Source: Candidatus Omnitrophota bacterium (GTDB lineage: Bacteria > Omnitrophota > Gorgyraeia > JAHIPI01). From it: a stretch of DNA of 64,000 nucleotides. The position numbers and the translations under genes are program-made. Below are positions 1-8,847 of this stretch, piece by piece (the stretch's first letter is position 1; each line of letters begins with the position of its first letter). The stretch spans positions 9,447 to 73,446 of the forward strand of contig JADHVZ010000001.1 of the NCBI GenBank assembly GCA_016783745.1. Direction: 5' to 3'. The notes beneath the pieces are model-generated. The model saw nothing but the letters and a program-made list of their open reading frames with translations. It had not been told where the DNA came from and searched no databases.

Positions 1-590
1 CCGCTTCTCGACAAACTGAGTCTCTTCTTTTTTTTTCCGCGGCTTAAACTTGCGAGAGTTGATGCCGGGCGCGTATCCGGTGTCTTTTGCCGGCTGGGGC
101 GCTGTCGCGCCCGTCTCATCATAGGTATATTCGGGCAAGGGCCTCGTGGGTTTGTCAAGCGGTGTATCGTGCGTATGGCGAGATTCATCTCCCGATATCG
201 GAGGCGGAGATTCATGCGAAGAGTTGCTAAGCGCGACGGTAAAATATTGCGGGGAGGCACTATCCCTTACCACAATCGTTTTTGTGGCGCTTGAGTATCC
301 GGCCGCGCTGCAGGTTACTGTAATATTACGGTATGCGCCGCCCGGAACGGGGATATCATTTACAAGCGCCTCTCCGGACTGGTTTGTGCCGGCCGCGGAC
401 GAGTATCCTTGTGCGCTCAGCGATACCGAAGCCCCGGCGATACCCTGATTATTGGCCGCGTTTACTACTCTGATGACCACTTTTGCGAGGGTATATTTTA
501 GAGTGGGCGTAAATTCCGTCGCGCGGGCTTCATTCGGAAAGATAAACAAAATCACAAGAATAATAAAAAATAAGAGGGGACGTTTCACCT
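1..590 (-). CDS. Secreted hypothetical protein, 5'-partial at the window edge. Start is GTG at 590-588 preceded by AAGGAG.
   Basis: Reverse-strand translation gives VKRPLLFFIILVILFIFPNEARA..., a signal-peptide-like N-terminus with an RBS 9 nt upstream. The ORF runs off the left edge, so it is absent from the ORF track. Confidence 0.4.
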
Positions 591-642
591 TAACACAACT
601 CCTTTCCGCATAAAGACTTGCGTCAGTCACCTGTGCATCTTT

Positions 643-2475
643 TTAGTCGCCGCTGGGGTGGCCGCCGTCGCCGCTGGGGTGGTATGACGGTGAGCCGGAT
701 CCCGACTGGTTTATGGCGTTGGAGATGGCGCCCGCGGCTTGTCCTATGGCCCGCCAGGTAGCCTCGTTCGCTCTCTGCTGGGCTATCCTTCTGGCCTCTT
801 CCTGGCGGATCTGCTCGGGCGTTGGAATGCTTACAAAGGCGGCCCCGCCGTCGAATGTGGGAATAATGCCGCCCGAATAGAATTGTCCCATCATGGCATG
901 CATCTTATCCTGATAGCGCTCGAGCGCTATCTTCTTTTCTTCAGGTGTCGCCTGCGGGTTATCAAGAACTTCCTTTAATTCGTCCGGGTTGGACCTCTCC
1001 TTCTCACGATGTTCCCGTTCCAGCCCGCGAATCTCAAGCACCAGGTTGAATGCTTCGTGCTCAAGCATCCTGCGTTTATTCCTAATCTTGTTAATCTTAT
1101 CGGTTAGTGCCTTGCGCGCTGCCCTAGTGGCTTTGTCTGTTCCTTTTCCAAGAGCTTTCTTACTTTTTTCCAGGCGCTCTTCTTCAATATAAAGCTCCTC
1201 TACCTGTTTATCTAATTCTATGACTCTGTCGCCCCGTTCATCGTGCTCTCCCTTGCCTTCTTCGCCTGATACTTTTACTTCGCCTTCCGCTTTTGCTTTA
1301 GCCGCTTCCTGACGCGCCTTTTCTTCAGCCTGCCTGCGTGCCTCTTCGTCCCTTTTGCGGGCCCTTCTTTCACGGTCCTTTCGCCTTGCACGATCCTGAG
1401 CCCATTCAGTGATGGCATTGAGGCCTTGAGCGATATTGCTCAAGGCCGTTTCATCGGTCAGCGTGCGCCCCTCTTGCTGATATGCGTTGTCCCCCGTAAG
1501 CACAGGCACAGAATCGATAGCGTAGTCGATATTAACTTCGGGAAGAGGTATTCCGGGAACAGACTCGCCTTCAGGGGCATCAGAGATGCCATATTCTGTC
1601 TCAAGCTCAAGCCACTCTCCGTCAAACATCTCGTTCAGCAGACCAACGGAGCTGTTCAGTAATCCCGCCGCTGTGCTGAGCACATCGGCGGCCGCATCCA
1701 GAGATTCTTCGTTGACGATATACTCGCCGTGCTTGAAACGCCCGCTTACGCCTATGGGCACGTTACGTAAGTATATCTTTGCGGCACTACTTACCGCCTT
1801 GTCAAAGACATAACCCTTTACTTCGCTCTCTAAGTAATTGATGGTGTCATCTATCATCTCTTCGCCGGTCTCATCAAGTATATGCTCATATACCTTTTCG
1901 TTATTACTAAGGCGCCCGGCTAAGATCTGCCTCTTTCTCCGGAGCTCCTTTATACCTTCCTCTGTCTTCATCTTCTCCTTGTCTTTATCATATTTTTCCC
2001 ATGCATCTTCAATGCGCGCGAGCTTATGCCTGGCCATCCTGTCCTCATTGGTAAGCTTCATAAGGTCGCTGTCAATTTTCGCCACTGCTTCACGTTTAGG
2101 CTCAGGGCCCAATGAGTGTCTTTGCAGCTCAAGCTTTTCCTTCTCGTGCGATATCTCTTTTGTCCTCCGCTCCAATTCACCACGCTGAAAGACAGGCCCG
2201 CCGAATTCACCCTTTAATACAGAGTTGTAATAATGGTATCTGAATGCCAGCTCGTCTGTTGAGGCCCTCAGTTCGGCGGCCGCCATATCGTAGTTCACAA
2301 AACGCTCAAAGAGCGTTGCCCCATAAAAAGTTCCGCTGACGGCTGCTCCGGCATAGCCGATGGCGGCTATAAGGGTGACTACCGCATCCGCGTTTGGATT
2401 GCCGAGAAGGACGGTTGAGATAAGGATAAATGATATAATTTTCGATAATCTATTTCTCATGTTTTTAGCGCGCAT
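643..2475 (-). CDS. Membrane-anchored coiled-coil protein, K/E/R-rich, function unknown
   Basis: 610-aa ORF with an N-terminal hydrophobic segment, long charged heptad-like stretches and a Gly/Ser/Pro/His C-terminal tail. No recognisable catalytic motif. Confidence 0.5.
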   Translation of the reverse strand: MRAKNMRNRLSKIISFILISTVLLGNPNADAVVTLIAAIGYAGAAVSGTFYGATLFERFVNYDMAAAELRASTDELAFRYHYYNSVLKGEFGGPVFQRGELERRTKEISHEKEKLELQRHSLGPEPKREAVAKIDSDLMKLTNEDRMARHKLARIEDAWEKYDKDKEKMKTEEGIKELRRKRQILAGRLSNNEKVYEHILDETGEEMIDDTINYLESEVKGYVFDKAVSSAAKIYLRNVPIGVSGRFKHGEYIVNEESLDAAADVLSTAAGLLNSSVGLLNEMFDGEWLELETEYGISDAPEGESVPGIPLPEVNIDYAIDSVPVLTGDNAYQQEGRTLTDETALSNIAQGLNAITEWAQDRARRKDRERRARKRDEEARRQAEEKARQEAAKAKAEGEVKVSGEEGKGEHDERGDRVIELDKQVEELYIEEERLEKSKKALGKGTDKATRAARKALTDKINKIRNKRRMLEHEAFNLVLEIRGLEREHREKERSNPDELKEVLDNPQATPEEKKIALERYQDKMHAMMGQFYSGGIIPTFDGGAAFVSIPTPEQIRQEEARRIAQQRANEATWRAIGQAAGAISNAINQSGSGSPSYHPSGDGGHPSGD

Positions 2476-2959
2476 CTTCCGCCTCTTCTATGGGAACCGG
2501 GAGTGTCTGGACGAAGACGACCTTTTCGCCTTGCAATGCCACTTTAACCTGATCGAAGTAGTCGTACATCGTTACGCCTTCCATCAGGTCGGAATTGATC
2601 TTTCCGCTCGCGGCCGGCTTACCGAGTATCTTTTCCATATCTTTCATCGTCATGCCGTATTTGAACTCTGTCGGCCTGAAGTCCGGCCACTGGAAGTAGT
2701 CCGGGAGCCTTTTTTGCGGCACAAATCGCAAAAACCTGCCGTTTGAGAAGGAAAAGCTTCTCTCGCAGCTAAAATATGTCCAGACCTCAACACGCTTTTC
2801 TGCGTCCATCAAAAGGGCAAAGATATCGGGATAGCCGAAGGCATCTACAAGTTTCTGCTGATCTTTTGACAGGCGGTCTTTTGTAAGGACGCCGCATCCC
2901 AGCACAATAAGCGCTATTACGACGGAAATGCAGATTGTGAAAATCAAAAATTTCTTCAT
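2465..2959 (-). CDS. Putative lipoprotein
   Basis: N-terminus MKKFLIFTICISVVIALIVLGCG has a lipobox-like LGC. It overlaps the downstream gene by 11 nt, so it is probably in the same operon. Confidence 0.45.
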   Translation of the reverse strand: MKKFLIFTICISVVIALIVLGCGVLTKDRLSKDQQKLVDAFGYPDIFALLMDAEKRVEVWTYFSCERSFSFSNGRFLRFVPQKRLPDYFQWPDFRPTEFKYGMTMKDMEKILGKPAASGKINSDLMEGVTMYDYFDQVKVALQGEKVVFVQTLPVPIEEAEDAR

Positions 2960-4161
2960 AAACTATTCTCTAATGTCTCTACGTAATTCATCAGATTGTC
3001 GCAGAGATTGGCGTATGAGGCGGTTCCAAACTCGAAGCGGGCGCGCTTAAGGTCGCTTGAACAGAGCCCCAGCTGTTCTGTCCAGACAGCCTTCTGCTCG
3101 TCTGTCCACTCCTTGTCCGGTGAATAATGGGGGAGGAGGCCGGCCAGCCTGGCATACGCCAAATTGAGAAATAGAAATCCATTTCTATTGCCGGTCCGGC
3201 CCTCTTTCATTTTATTAAGGGTGTTCTCGAACTTTGTCATCATCTCGATCGCTTCTTCGTACTCCCCTGAGACCAGCGCTTCATTTATTCTGTCTATGGT
3301 GACGGCGCATTGGACATCTTTTTTTACGTTTTTCATGAAAGCGGCGGCCCAATAGTCTATCTGCGGCAGGAATCTCTTGACCGATACTTTGTAATCGTTA
3401 TCATTGAGCTTCTGATAGCCCTTCACAAAGTCTATAAGCTCGGGATTTGTAAAGTATTCACGGGCGAGTTTATAATATTCACCGGCGTATGTGAAAGGAT
3501 AACACGCCCTTCTCAGATATGCCATTGCAGTGTAGTTAGTATCGGAGGGTTTTATCGATTTCGTATTTTCTATCGCGCATATGTAGTAGTAGAAGCCCTT
3601 AGATATATATAAAAAACCGTGCGCCTGGCGGTTACCCGGATCGATCATTCTGGATGAAGCGAATATTTGAATGGCCAACTCCAGATATTGCTTTGCTTCT
3701 GTGTAGTTGGCCGTGTTATAGGAAGCGCCGGCTTTGTCAAAATGGGCGACGCCCGAGGAGAAGACCTCCTGCGACCAATCAGCCGGCTGTGACTCTACGG
3801 CCTCTCTTAAGCCTTTAGCTAAATTTTCAAGATTTTCGTAGGCTAATAAAGCCCCCTCTGAGCCTGGATCGAGCTCTATAGCCTTCTGATAATACTCGGC
3901 GGCAGAGCCATATCTCCCCGCCTTCTGATATTCGGCGCCGCGGTCATTATACTCAGCCGCGGTTTCAGGCTCATTTTTACGTCTGGCGACATATTCGGAC
4001 CCGGCATCATCACCCGCGTCATTCCATTCGGCCATGAAGCCCTCAATAGCAGATCCGATAAAATCAAGGTTTAACAAAAGGGTCCATGAGACATATAATA
4101 CGAGGATAATAGATAGGGTTAAGACGATTTTTTTCATATAGATACGCGGCTTGGGCTTCAT
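2956..4161 (-). CDS. Membrane-anchored TPR-like repeat protein
   Basis: N-terminal TM helix followed by repeated A-x-Y / Y-x-x-A motifs (AEYNDRGAEYQKAGRYGSAAEYYQKAIELDP). It is the third gene of a minus-strand operon spanning 643-4161. Confidence 0.45.
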   Translation of the reverse strand: MKPKPRIYMKKIVLTLSIILVLYVSWTLLLNLDFIGSAIEGFMAEWNDAGDDAGSEYVARRKNEPETAAEYNDRGAEYQKAGRYGSAAEYYQKAIELDPGSEGALLAYENLENLAKGLREAVESQPADWSQEVFSSGVAHFDKAGASYNTANYTEAKQYLELAIQIFASSRMIDPGNRQAHGFLYISKGFYYYICAIENTKSIKPSDTNYTAMAYLRRACYPFTYAGEYYKLAREYFTNPELIDFVKGYQKLNDNDYKVSVKRFLPQIDYWAAAFMKNVKKDVQCAVTIDRINEALVSGEYEEAIEMMTKFENTLNKMKEGRTGNRNGFLFLNLAYARLAGLLPHYSPDKEWTDEQKAVWTEQLGLCSSDLKRARFEFGTASYANLCDNLMNYVETLENSL

Positions 4162-4250
4162 TCCCTTCTAATTAAGAAGTGTACCACATATTCCGCTTGC
4201 CGTCCAATTTTTAGGTTGTTTTCTTTGTAAATTAGGGTAAACTTTAAGGT

Positions 4251-5342
4251 ATGAGGGCGCTAAAGATATTACTTAAAACTTTTGCCGCGCTTATAATCGT
4301 CAGCGCGCTTTTCGCGGCCGGCGCGGCGGTGCTGGTAAAAATGCGCTGGAAGCCCACAGTAGAGCGATTCTTGAGCGATGCCCTGGGCGTCGGCATAAAG
4401 TTTGAGGGAGCGGCCTTGAACCCGAAGGAATACGCGCTTACGATACGCGGCCTGAAGATTTTGAGCGGCGGAGAATTTGAAAGAAATACCTTTTACGGCG
4501 AAAGATGCACGCTCATGCTGGATAAGGACCTGTATGATGAAGAGGAGAGGCTGTTCGTAAAAGAGGTGGTTATTGAAGGCGGAGAGCTGAGCCTGGAGAG
4601 GAATGAAAAGGGGAGATGGAATATCGAACGCGCCGAATTGCCGGAGGCTGATTTTGGGCCCGGGGCGGCATACGCGGCGGAATCAGAAGGCGGGGCGCCG
4701 CTTTACACTTTTGTAAAAAGCATAAAAAAGGTCAGCATACGGGACTCCGGCATTCTTTTTAAGGATAAATATGTCCCGGGAGGGCCGTTCGAGATGGCCT
4801 TCTATGATTTCGATTTCAAGCTTGACTCCGAAGAGGAATTTGAATCCGTATACGGCTATATACCGATAAAAGTTGAGGCGGATTTCAACATTGAGAATAG
4901 CCTTAACAGGGACAGTAAGATTAGCGTAAAGGGAAAGATCGCGGCATACCCGGGCAGCGCAGCCATGGACATGACCGTCATTGCCTCTTATGTGGACCTG
5001 ATGCAGTTTCTGCCCTATTTTGAGAGTTATACGCCGTTCTCCTTCAATAGCGGCCTTTTCAGCTCCACGACAGAGCTTTCAATAAGGGACAATATGATAG
5101 ATTGCTCTACGACGATGTTATTTCATAAGCTGAATCTGCTCATAGACAAGGGAATGGAAAACGCGCAGTTTCTGGAGACGAGCGTGAATAACCTGGCCCC
5201 GTATCTTATGTCGCGCGGCGAGATACTTTTCGATTTTGTCGTTAAGGGGCCCGTAGATAACCCTAAAGCGAACGTAGGGCCCAAGGTGAAGTCGGCCATG
5301 ACCGCCCTTTTCATGGATGGGATCGGCAAGGCCTTACAGTAG
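4251..5342 (+). CDS. AsmA-like N-terminal domain membrane protein
   Basis: An N-terminal TM helix followed by TVERFLSDALGVGIKFEGAALNP resembles the AsmA/DUF748 N-terminal region. The size is a short 363 aa. Confidence 0.4.
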   Translation: MRALKILLKTFAALIIVSALFAAGAAVLVKMRWKPTVERFLSDALGVGIKFEGAALNPKEYALTIRGLKILSGGEFERNTFYGERCTLMLDKDLYDEEERLFVKEVVIEGGELSLERNEKGRWNIERAELPEADFGPGAAYAAESEGGAPLYTFVKSIKKVSIRDSGILFKDKYVPGGPFEMAFYDFDFKLDSEEEFESVYGYIPIKVEADFNIENSLNRDSKISVKGKIAAYPGSAAMDMTVIASYVDLMQFLPYFESYTPFSFNSGLFSSTTELSIRDNMIDCSTTMLFHKLNLLIDKGMENAQFLETSVNNLAPYLMSRGEILFDFVVKGPVDNPKANVGPKVKSAMTALFMDGIGKALQ

Positions 5343-5466
5343 TTACAAATACTCTCATAACCGGCTCAAATTGGGACGTTTAACCCGCTCCCGGCACCTT
5401 CCGCATGTGCGGCAGCCTCAGGCACATTCCGCTTGGTTTTATTCTCTATTGTGATATAATCTAAAC

Positions 5467-5577
5467 ATGAAAAAGCTTCTGCACATAATCGCGACGCCGA
5501 GAGGGGAGGAGTCCCGGACGCTCAAGGTCTCCGGGGCATTTCTGGGGCAGTTTAAGAAAAAATATCCGGATAAATAG
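5467..5577 (+). pseudogene. Truncated N-terminal remnant of an FMN-dependent NADH-azoreductase-like gene (36 codons, then stop)
   Basis: MKKLLHIIATPRGEESRTLKVSGAFLGQFKKKYPDK* matches the characteristic AzoR N-terminus (MKKLLhI.sSPRGe.S.sr.L...F). A TATAAT sits at 5453-5458. It is followed by about 470 bp of AT-rich non-coding DNA. Confidence 0.3.
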
Positions 5578-6054
5578 TCAGACGGCAACTTCAATGATTG
5601 TAATAGGTTACAAAAGAAATGCACACACCGTATTTTATTTGTAACCCCATGCGCAACAAATAGGCGCGCAACACGTCTGATTGATTGTTAAAGTTAGAAC
5701 CATTAATGTTATTATGATTTTTTTCATCTTTATTTATGTCTCCATATCGGCATGAATTAAATACAACAATTTTGCTTGCTTCTATTATAACATGATAGAA
5801 TGCTGGATAACATTGCTATTTCTCATTTAATAAAGGCTTATAGTGCAATGTCTGGTTTTATCAGCTTCTTCGGTCAGACAATAGACCTTAAGCTCCTCTT
5901 TTAATATCTACTTTAATCTTGTCAAATATTTCCCCGCGGAGTATAATTTATACACAATACGTTTTAAGCGATAAGTGGAGCCTCCCAAAGTGGACCGTCT
6001 CCATTTACTCAGTGGCAAAATGGGCAAAGATGACCATCCAAGAAAAGGAGCACA

Positions 6055-6540
6055 ATGAAAAAACGCATGAAGACTAAAAGTTCCTCAACCTCTGCGGTTG
6101 CCGATCAGGATATCGTGGGACTTCTTACTGCATTGGTCCAGAAGCTTACCTCTTTCGAAGCGAAGATAGACACAGTCCTCAGCCGGATCCCATCACAACC
6201 TTTTGTGGCACCCCCGCAGCAGCCGACGTCGGTCTCTTCATCCGAGCGGCGCAGGGAACCCAGGACCATGCACAAAGTGATCTGCGCAGATTGTGGCAGG
6301 GGTAGTGAAGTCCCGTTCAAACCGAGTGGCGGCCGTCCGGTCTACTGCAAGGAGTGCTTCACAGCACGCAAGAATAACGGCACCTTCAAGCCGCGAGGGG
6401 ATGGCAGGCCAAAAGAAGGGTCGCCAGTACATGTTAGTCCGCCCGAAAAGCCAGAGGCGGTCAAGCCCGCGAGGCCAGTCAAAAAAGAGAAGCCGGCGAC
6501 AAAGGAGAAAAAGAAAAATAGGCGAAAAAAAAGTAGATAG
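6055..6540 (+). CDS. Lysine-rich C4 zinc-ribbon protein, paralog 1
   Basis: AAGGAG RBS. CxxC-x15-CxxC core VICADCGRGSEVPFKPSGGRPVYCKECF, a basic K/R-rich tail and an N-terminal amphipathic segment. Paralogous to 7330-7821. Confidence 0.6.
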   Translation: MKKRMKTKSSSTSAVADQDIVGLLTALVQKLTSFEAKIDTVLSRIPSQPFVAPPQQPTSVSSSERRREPRTMHKVICADCGRGSEVPFKPSGGRPVYCKECFTARKNNGTFKPRGDGRPKEGSPVHVSPPEKPEAVKPARPVKKEKPATKEKKKNRRKKSR

Positions 6541-6599
6541 TAGACGATCTACGTCGCCTATTGTGACAATACCAGACGCTTTACGTCCCAATCGGGAAA

Positions 6600-7238
6600 G
6601 TGTTACTGGCCCAAGACAGAAAGTGTACCCTTAAAAAAGTGTCGCGTCTAATTTTTGAAAAACATAGACATTCTATATCAAAAAAAGAGATCAGCGCTCT
6701 GCCTATCAAACATTACACCGGCCCTATCCATGTGATAGATTCGGACGAGAAAATGAGAGCGGCCGTGCGGTCTCTCGGCAGAGAGAAGGTCTTAGGTTTT
6801 GATACGGAGACGAGGCCCGCTTTTTATAAGGGCATATCCTATCTGCCGTCCCTGCTCCAGCTTGCTGCCGGCGACGGGGTATACATATTCCAGATAGGGC
6901 GTATCGATTCTCATAAACCGCTTGCCGGTATTCTGGCCGATCATAATGTGGTGAAAGCGGGCATTAGCGTCTCGGAGGATATAAAGAAACTGAAAGATGC
7001 ATTGCCCTTCGAGCCCTCACGTTTCATCGAACTGGCGGGCATGGCGGCCAAGGCCGGAATAAAGAACGCAGGCATACGCGGCCTGGCGGCGCTGCTATTC
7101 GGTTTCAGGATATCCAAATCGACGCAGTGCTCCCGCTGGGATGCGCCGACGCTTGCGCACGCGCAGATAGTTTACGCGGCTACCGACGCATGGATATGCA
7201 GAGAGATATATTTCGCGCTGAAAAAATGGGTCGGGTAA
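6600..7238 (+). CDS. 3'-5' exonuclease domain protein (DEDDy, RNase D / WRN-exo-like)
   Basis: Exo I motif GFDTETRP, central acidic motif and YAATDAW (Y-x3-D exo III), typical of PF01612-type exonucleases. The exact start is uncertain, with alternative starts downstream of 6600. Confidence 0.65.
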   Translation: MLLAQDRKCTLKKVSRLIFEKHRHSISKKEISALPIKHYTGPIHVIDSDEKMRAAVRSLGREKVLGFDTETRPAFYKGISYLPSLLQLAAGDGVYIFQIGRIDSHKPLAGILADHNVVKAGISVSEDIKKLKDALPFEPSRFIELAGMAAKAGIKNAGIRGLAALLFGFRISKSTQCSRWDAPTLAHAQIVYAATDAWICREIYFALKKWVG

Positions 7239-7329
7239 ACGTCTATTTCCACATTTTAGCCACTCGTGATTATATAGGTTGCAAGGGGAGTGTCATTTGT
7301 GATACATTACACTAAAAGAGAGGCCTGAT

Positions 7330-7821
7330 GTGAAGAAGCATTTAAAGCGTAACAGAACACCAGCCGCGCGGAAGGATGAGCCGGGTATAGCCGGCCTCAT
7401 CAATGATATGCAGCAGCAGTTGAACGCCATAGAGAAGAAGCTGGATAACTTGATCAGCCAGTCTTCAAGCAGGCCTTTTGAGAAAAGCTATTCACAGAAG
7501 CCTGCCCGGCACTTCGATCACGTTCCTCGCCATGATAGAGGAAGAGAAGGCAACAGGGACGGCGAAAGGACTCTTACCCGGGTCATTTGCTCGGGCTGTA
7601 ACAAAGAATGCGAGATACCGTTCAAGCCCAGCGGGGACCGTCCGGTATATTGCAAGGAATGCTTTGTAAAGCGAAAGAAATCTAAACCGTTTAACGCAAA
7701 CAGGGATAATAGGTCCGAAGACAGAGATTTTCCCCGTAAATATCATTCCGATAAGCAGCAGGGTAAAAAATGGCAAAAGCCCTTCAAGAAGAAAGAGCCA
7801 TTTTACACGCGTATAAAGTAA
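7330..7821 (+). CDS. Lysine-rich C4 zinc-ribbon protein, paralog 2 (GTG start)
   Basis: VICSGCNKECEIPFKPSGDRPVYCKECF is near-identical to the paralog-1 core. N-terminal GIAGLINDMQQQLNAIEKKLDNLISQSSSRPF parallels DIVGLLTALVQKLTSFEAKIDTVLSRIPSQPF. Candidate TTGCAA-18-TACATT promoter upstream. Confidence 0.6.
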   Translation: MKKHLKRNRTPAARKDEPGIAGLINDMQQQLNAIEKKLDNLISQSSSRPFEKSYSQKPARHFDHVPRHDRGREGNRDGERTLTRVICSGCNKECEIPFKPSGDRPVYCKECFVKRKKSKPFNANRDNRSEDRDFPRKYHSDKQQGKKWQKPFKKKEPFYTRIK

Positions 7822-7952
7822 CACGCTGAAGCATTTGACATAAAATCAGGCGCTTTACATAACTTGTTGCGTAATAAAAAATTATAAATAAATCATTCAT
7901 TCAATATTTTGTCTGTAATCTATTGTAAGTACAATAGTCGCGCAACAGTCTA

Positions 7953-8474
7953 ATGTTACCCAGCCAAGAAATTATGAAGAAAACATTTATAATAGACGGA
8001 TACAACGTAATACATAAAATTCCGGAGCTGTGCGCTAAACTCGAAGAAAGCCTCGAAAGCGCTCGAGATGCTTTGGTAATAGAAATACAAAGTTGGAAAA
8101 GACGGTACGCTGACTCAAAGGCATATATTGTATTCGACGGAAAAAACGAAGACATTTTTGATGATCTGCCTACTCGGATATTAGGAATCGATTGTGTCTT
8201 TACCAGGTCCAAAGAATCCGCTGACGACCGAATAATAAGCATGGTGCGAAACGCGGAAGCCCCATCTCTTATAACTGTTATCTCAGATGACAACCAGGTG
8301 AGGAATGGCTGCAGGATGCAAGGGGCTCAAGTACAATATTCGTCTTTTATCAGCATAAATAAGAAAAAGCCCCACAGGCCGGTTAACCGCATCAACAATA
8401 TTGATAATAACATGCAAGAGCAGGAAATAACCGACTATTACAAGAAACATTTGATCAATAAAGGAATCCTATAG
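7953..8474 (+). CDS. YacP/Rae1-like NYN-domain (PIN-like) predicted ribonuclease
   Basis: FIIDGYNVIHKIPEL... is the conserved YacP-family start. An alternative start lies at MKKTF (7974). AT-rich gene. Confidence 0.6.
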   Translation: MLPSQEIMKKTFIIDGYNVIHKIPELCAKLEESLESARDALVIEIQSWKRRYADSKAYIVFDGKNEDIFDDLPTRILGIDCVFTRSKESADDRIISMVRNAEAPSLITVISDDNQVRNGCRMQGAQVQYSSFISINKKKPHRPVNRINNIDNNMQEQEITDYYKKHLINKGIL

Positions 8475-8665
8475 CAAAATATCGTAGGGTTTCCAGCTCT
8501 CCGCCACTCCCTATTCAATCTCATCGGAATTGTTGTAACCTATATATTCTCCAGCAACATATAACTGCGAAAAGAAACACCTACCGTCAGTTATCATCTG
8601 TCTCAGAATCCCTGTTTTTACCGCTATTGTTGGTAAACTGTTGGTAGAAATAGGAGGTGGTAGTT

Positions 8666-8833
8666 GTGAAAGCGATTATTTACGCCAGATGCAGAACAGA
8701 TGAAAGCAGGCAGGATGTGGAAGTCCAGTTAGGCCAGCTGAGACGAGAGTACGAGCAAGAATTTGAGTACGGTTCCGGGTATAAGGGTGATCAGCCTAAG
8801 CTAAAAGGCTGTATAGGGCAGATAAAAATGGGG
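8666..8833 (+). pseudogene. N-terminal fragment of a serine recombinase (resolvase/invertase); catalytic Ser replaced, then truncated
   Basis: VKAIIYARCRTDESRQDVEVQLGQLRREYEQEFEYGSGYKGDQPKLKG aligns to the resolvase N-terminus (AIGYARVSTDEQ...IFEDKASGKSTDRPGLK), with Arg where the nucleophilic Ser belongs. AGGAGG RBS and GTG start. The reading frame then runs into the convergent TPR gene. Confidence 0.45.
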
Positions 8834-8847
8834 CTATATATAATTTA

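Noticed and set aside
5439-5624. Minus-strand 61-aa ORF in the 5.4-kb intergenic region
   Set aside because: It is antisense to the better-supported plus-strand azoreductase-like stub and has no RBS or recognisable sequence.
6293-6634. Alternative-frame 113-aa ORF (Arg/Ser-rich) overlapping the first zinc-ribbon gene
   Set aside because: It is a frame-shifted shadow of the lysine-rich coding region. The paralog comparison supports the 6055-6540 frame.
7919-7936. Palindrome CTATTGTAAGTACAATAG upstream of the YacP-like gene
   Set aside because: It is short and sits in very AT-rich DNA where such palindromes arise by chance. It is not reported as a feature.
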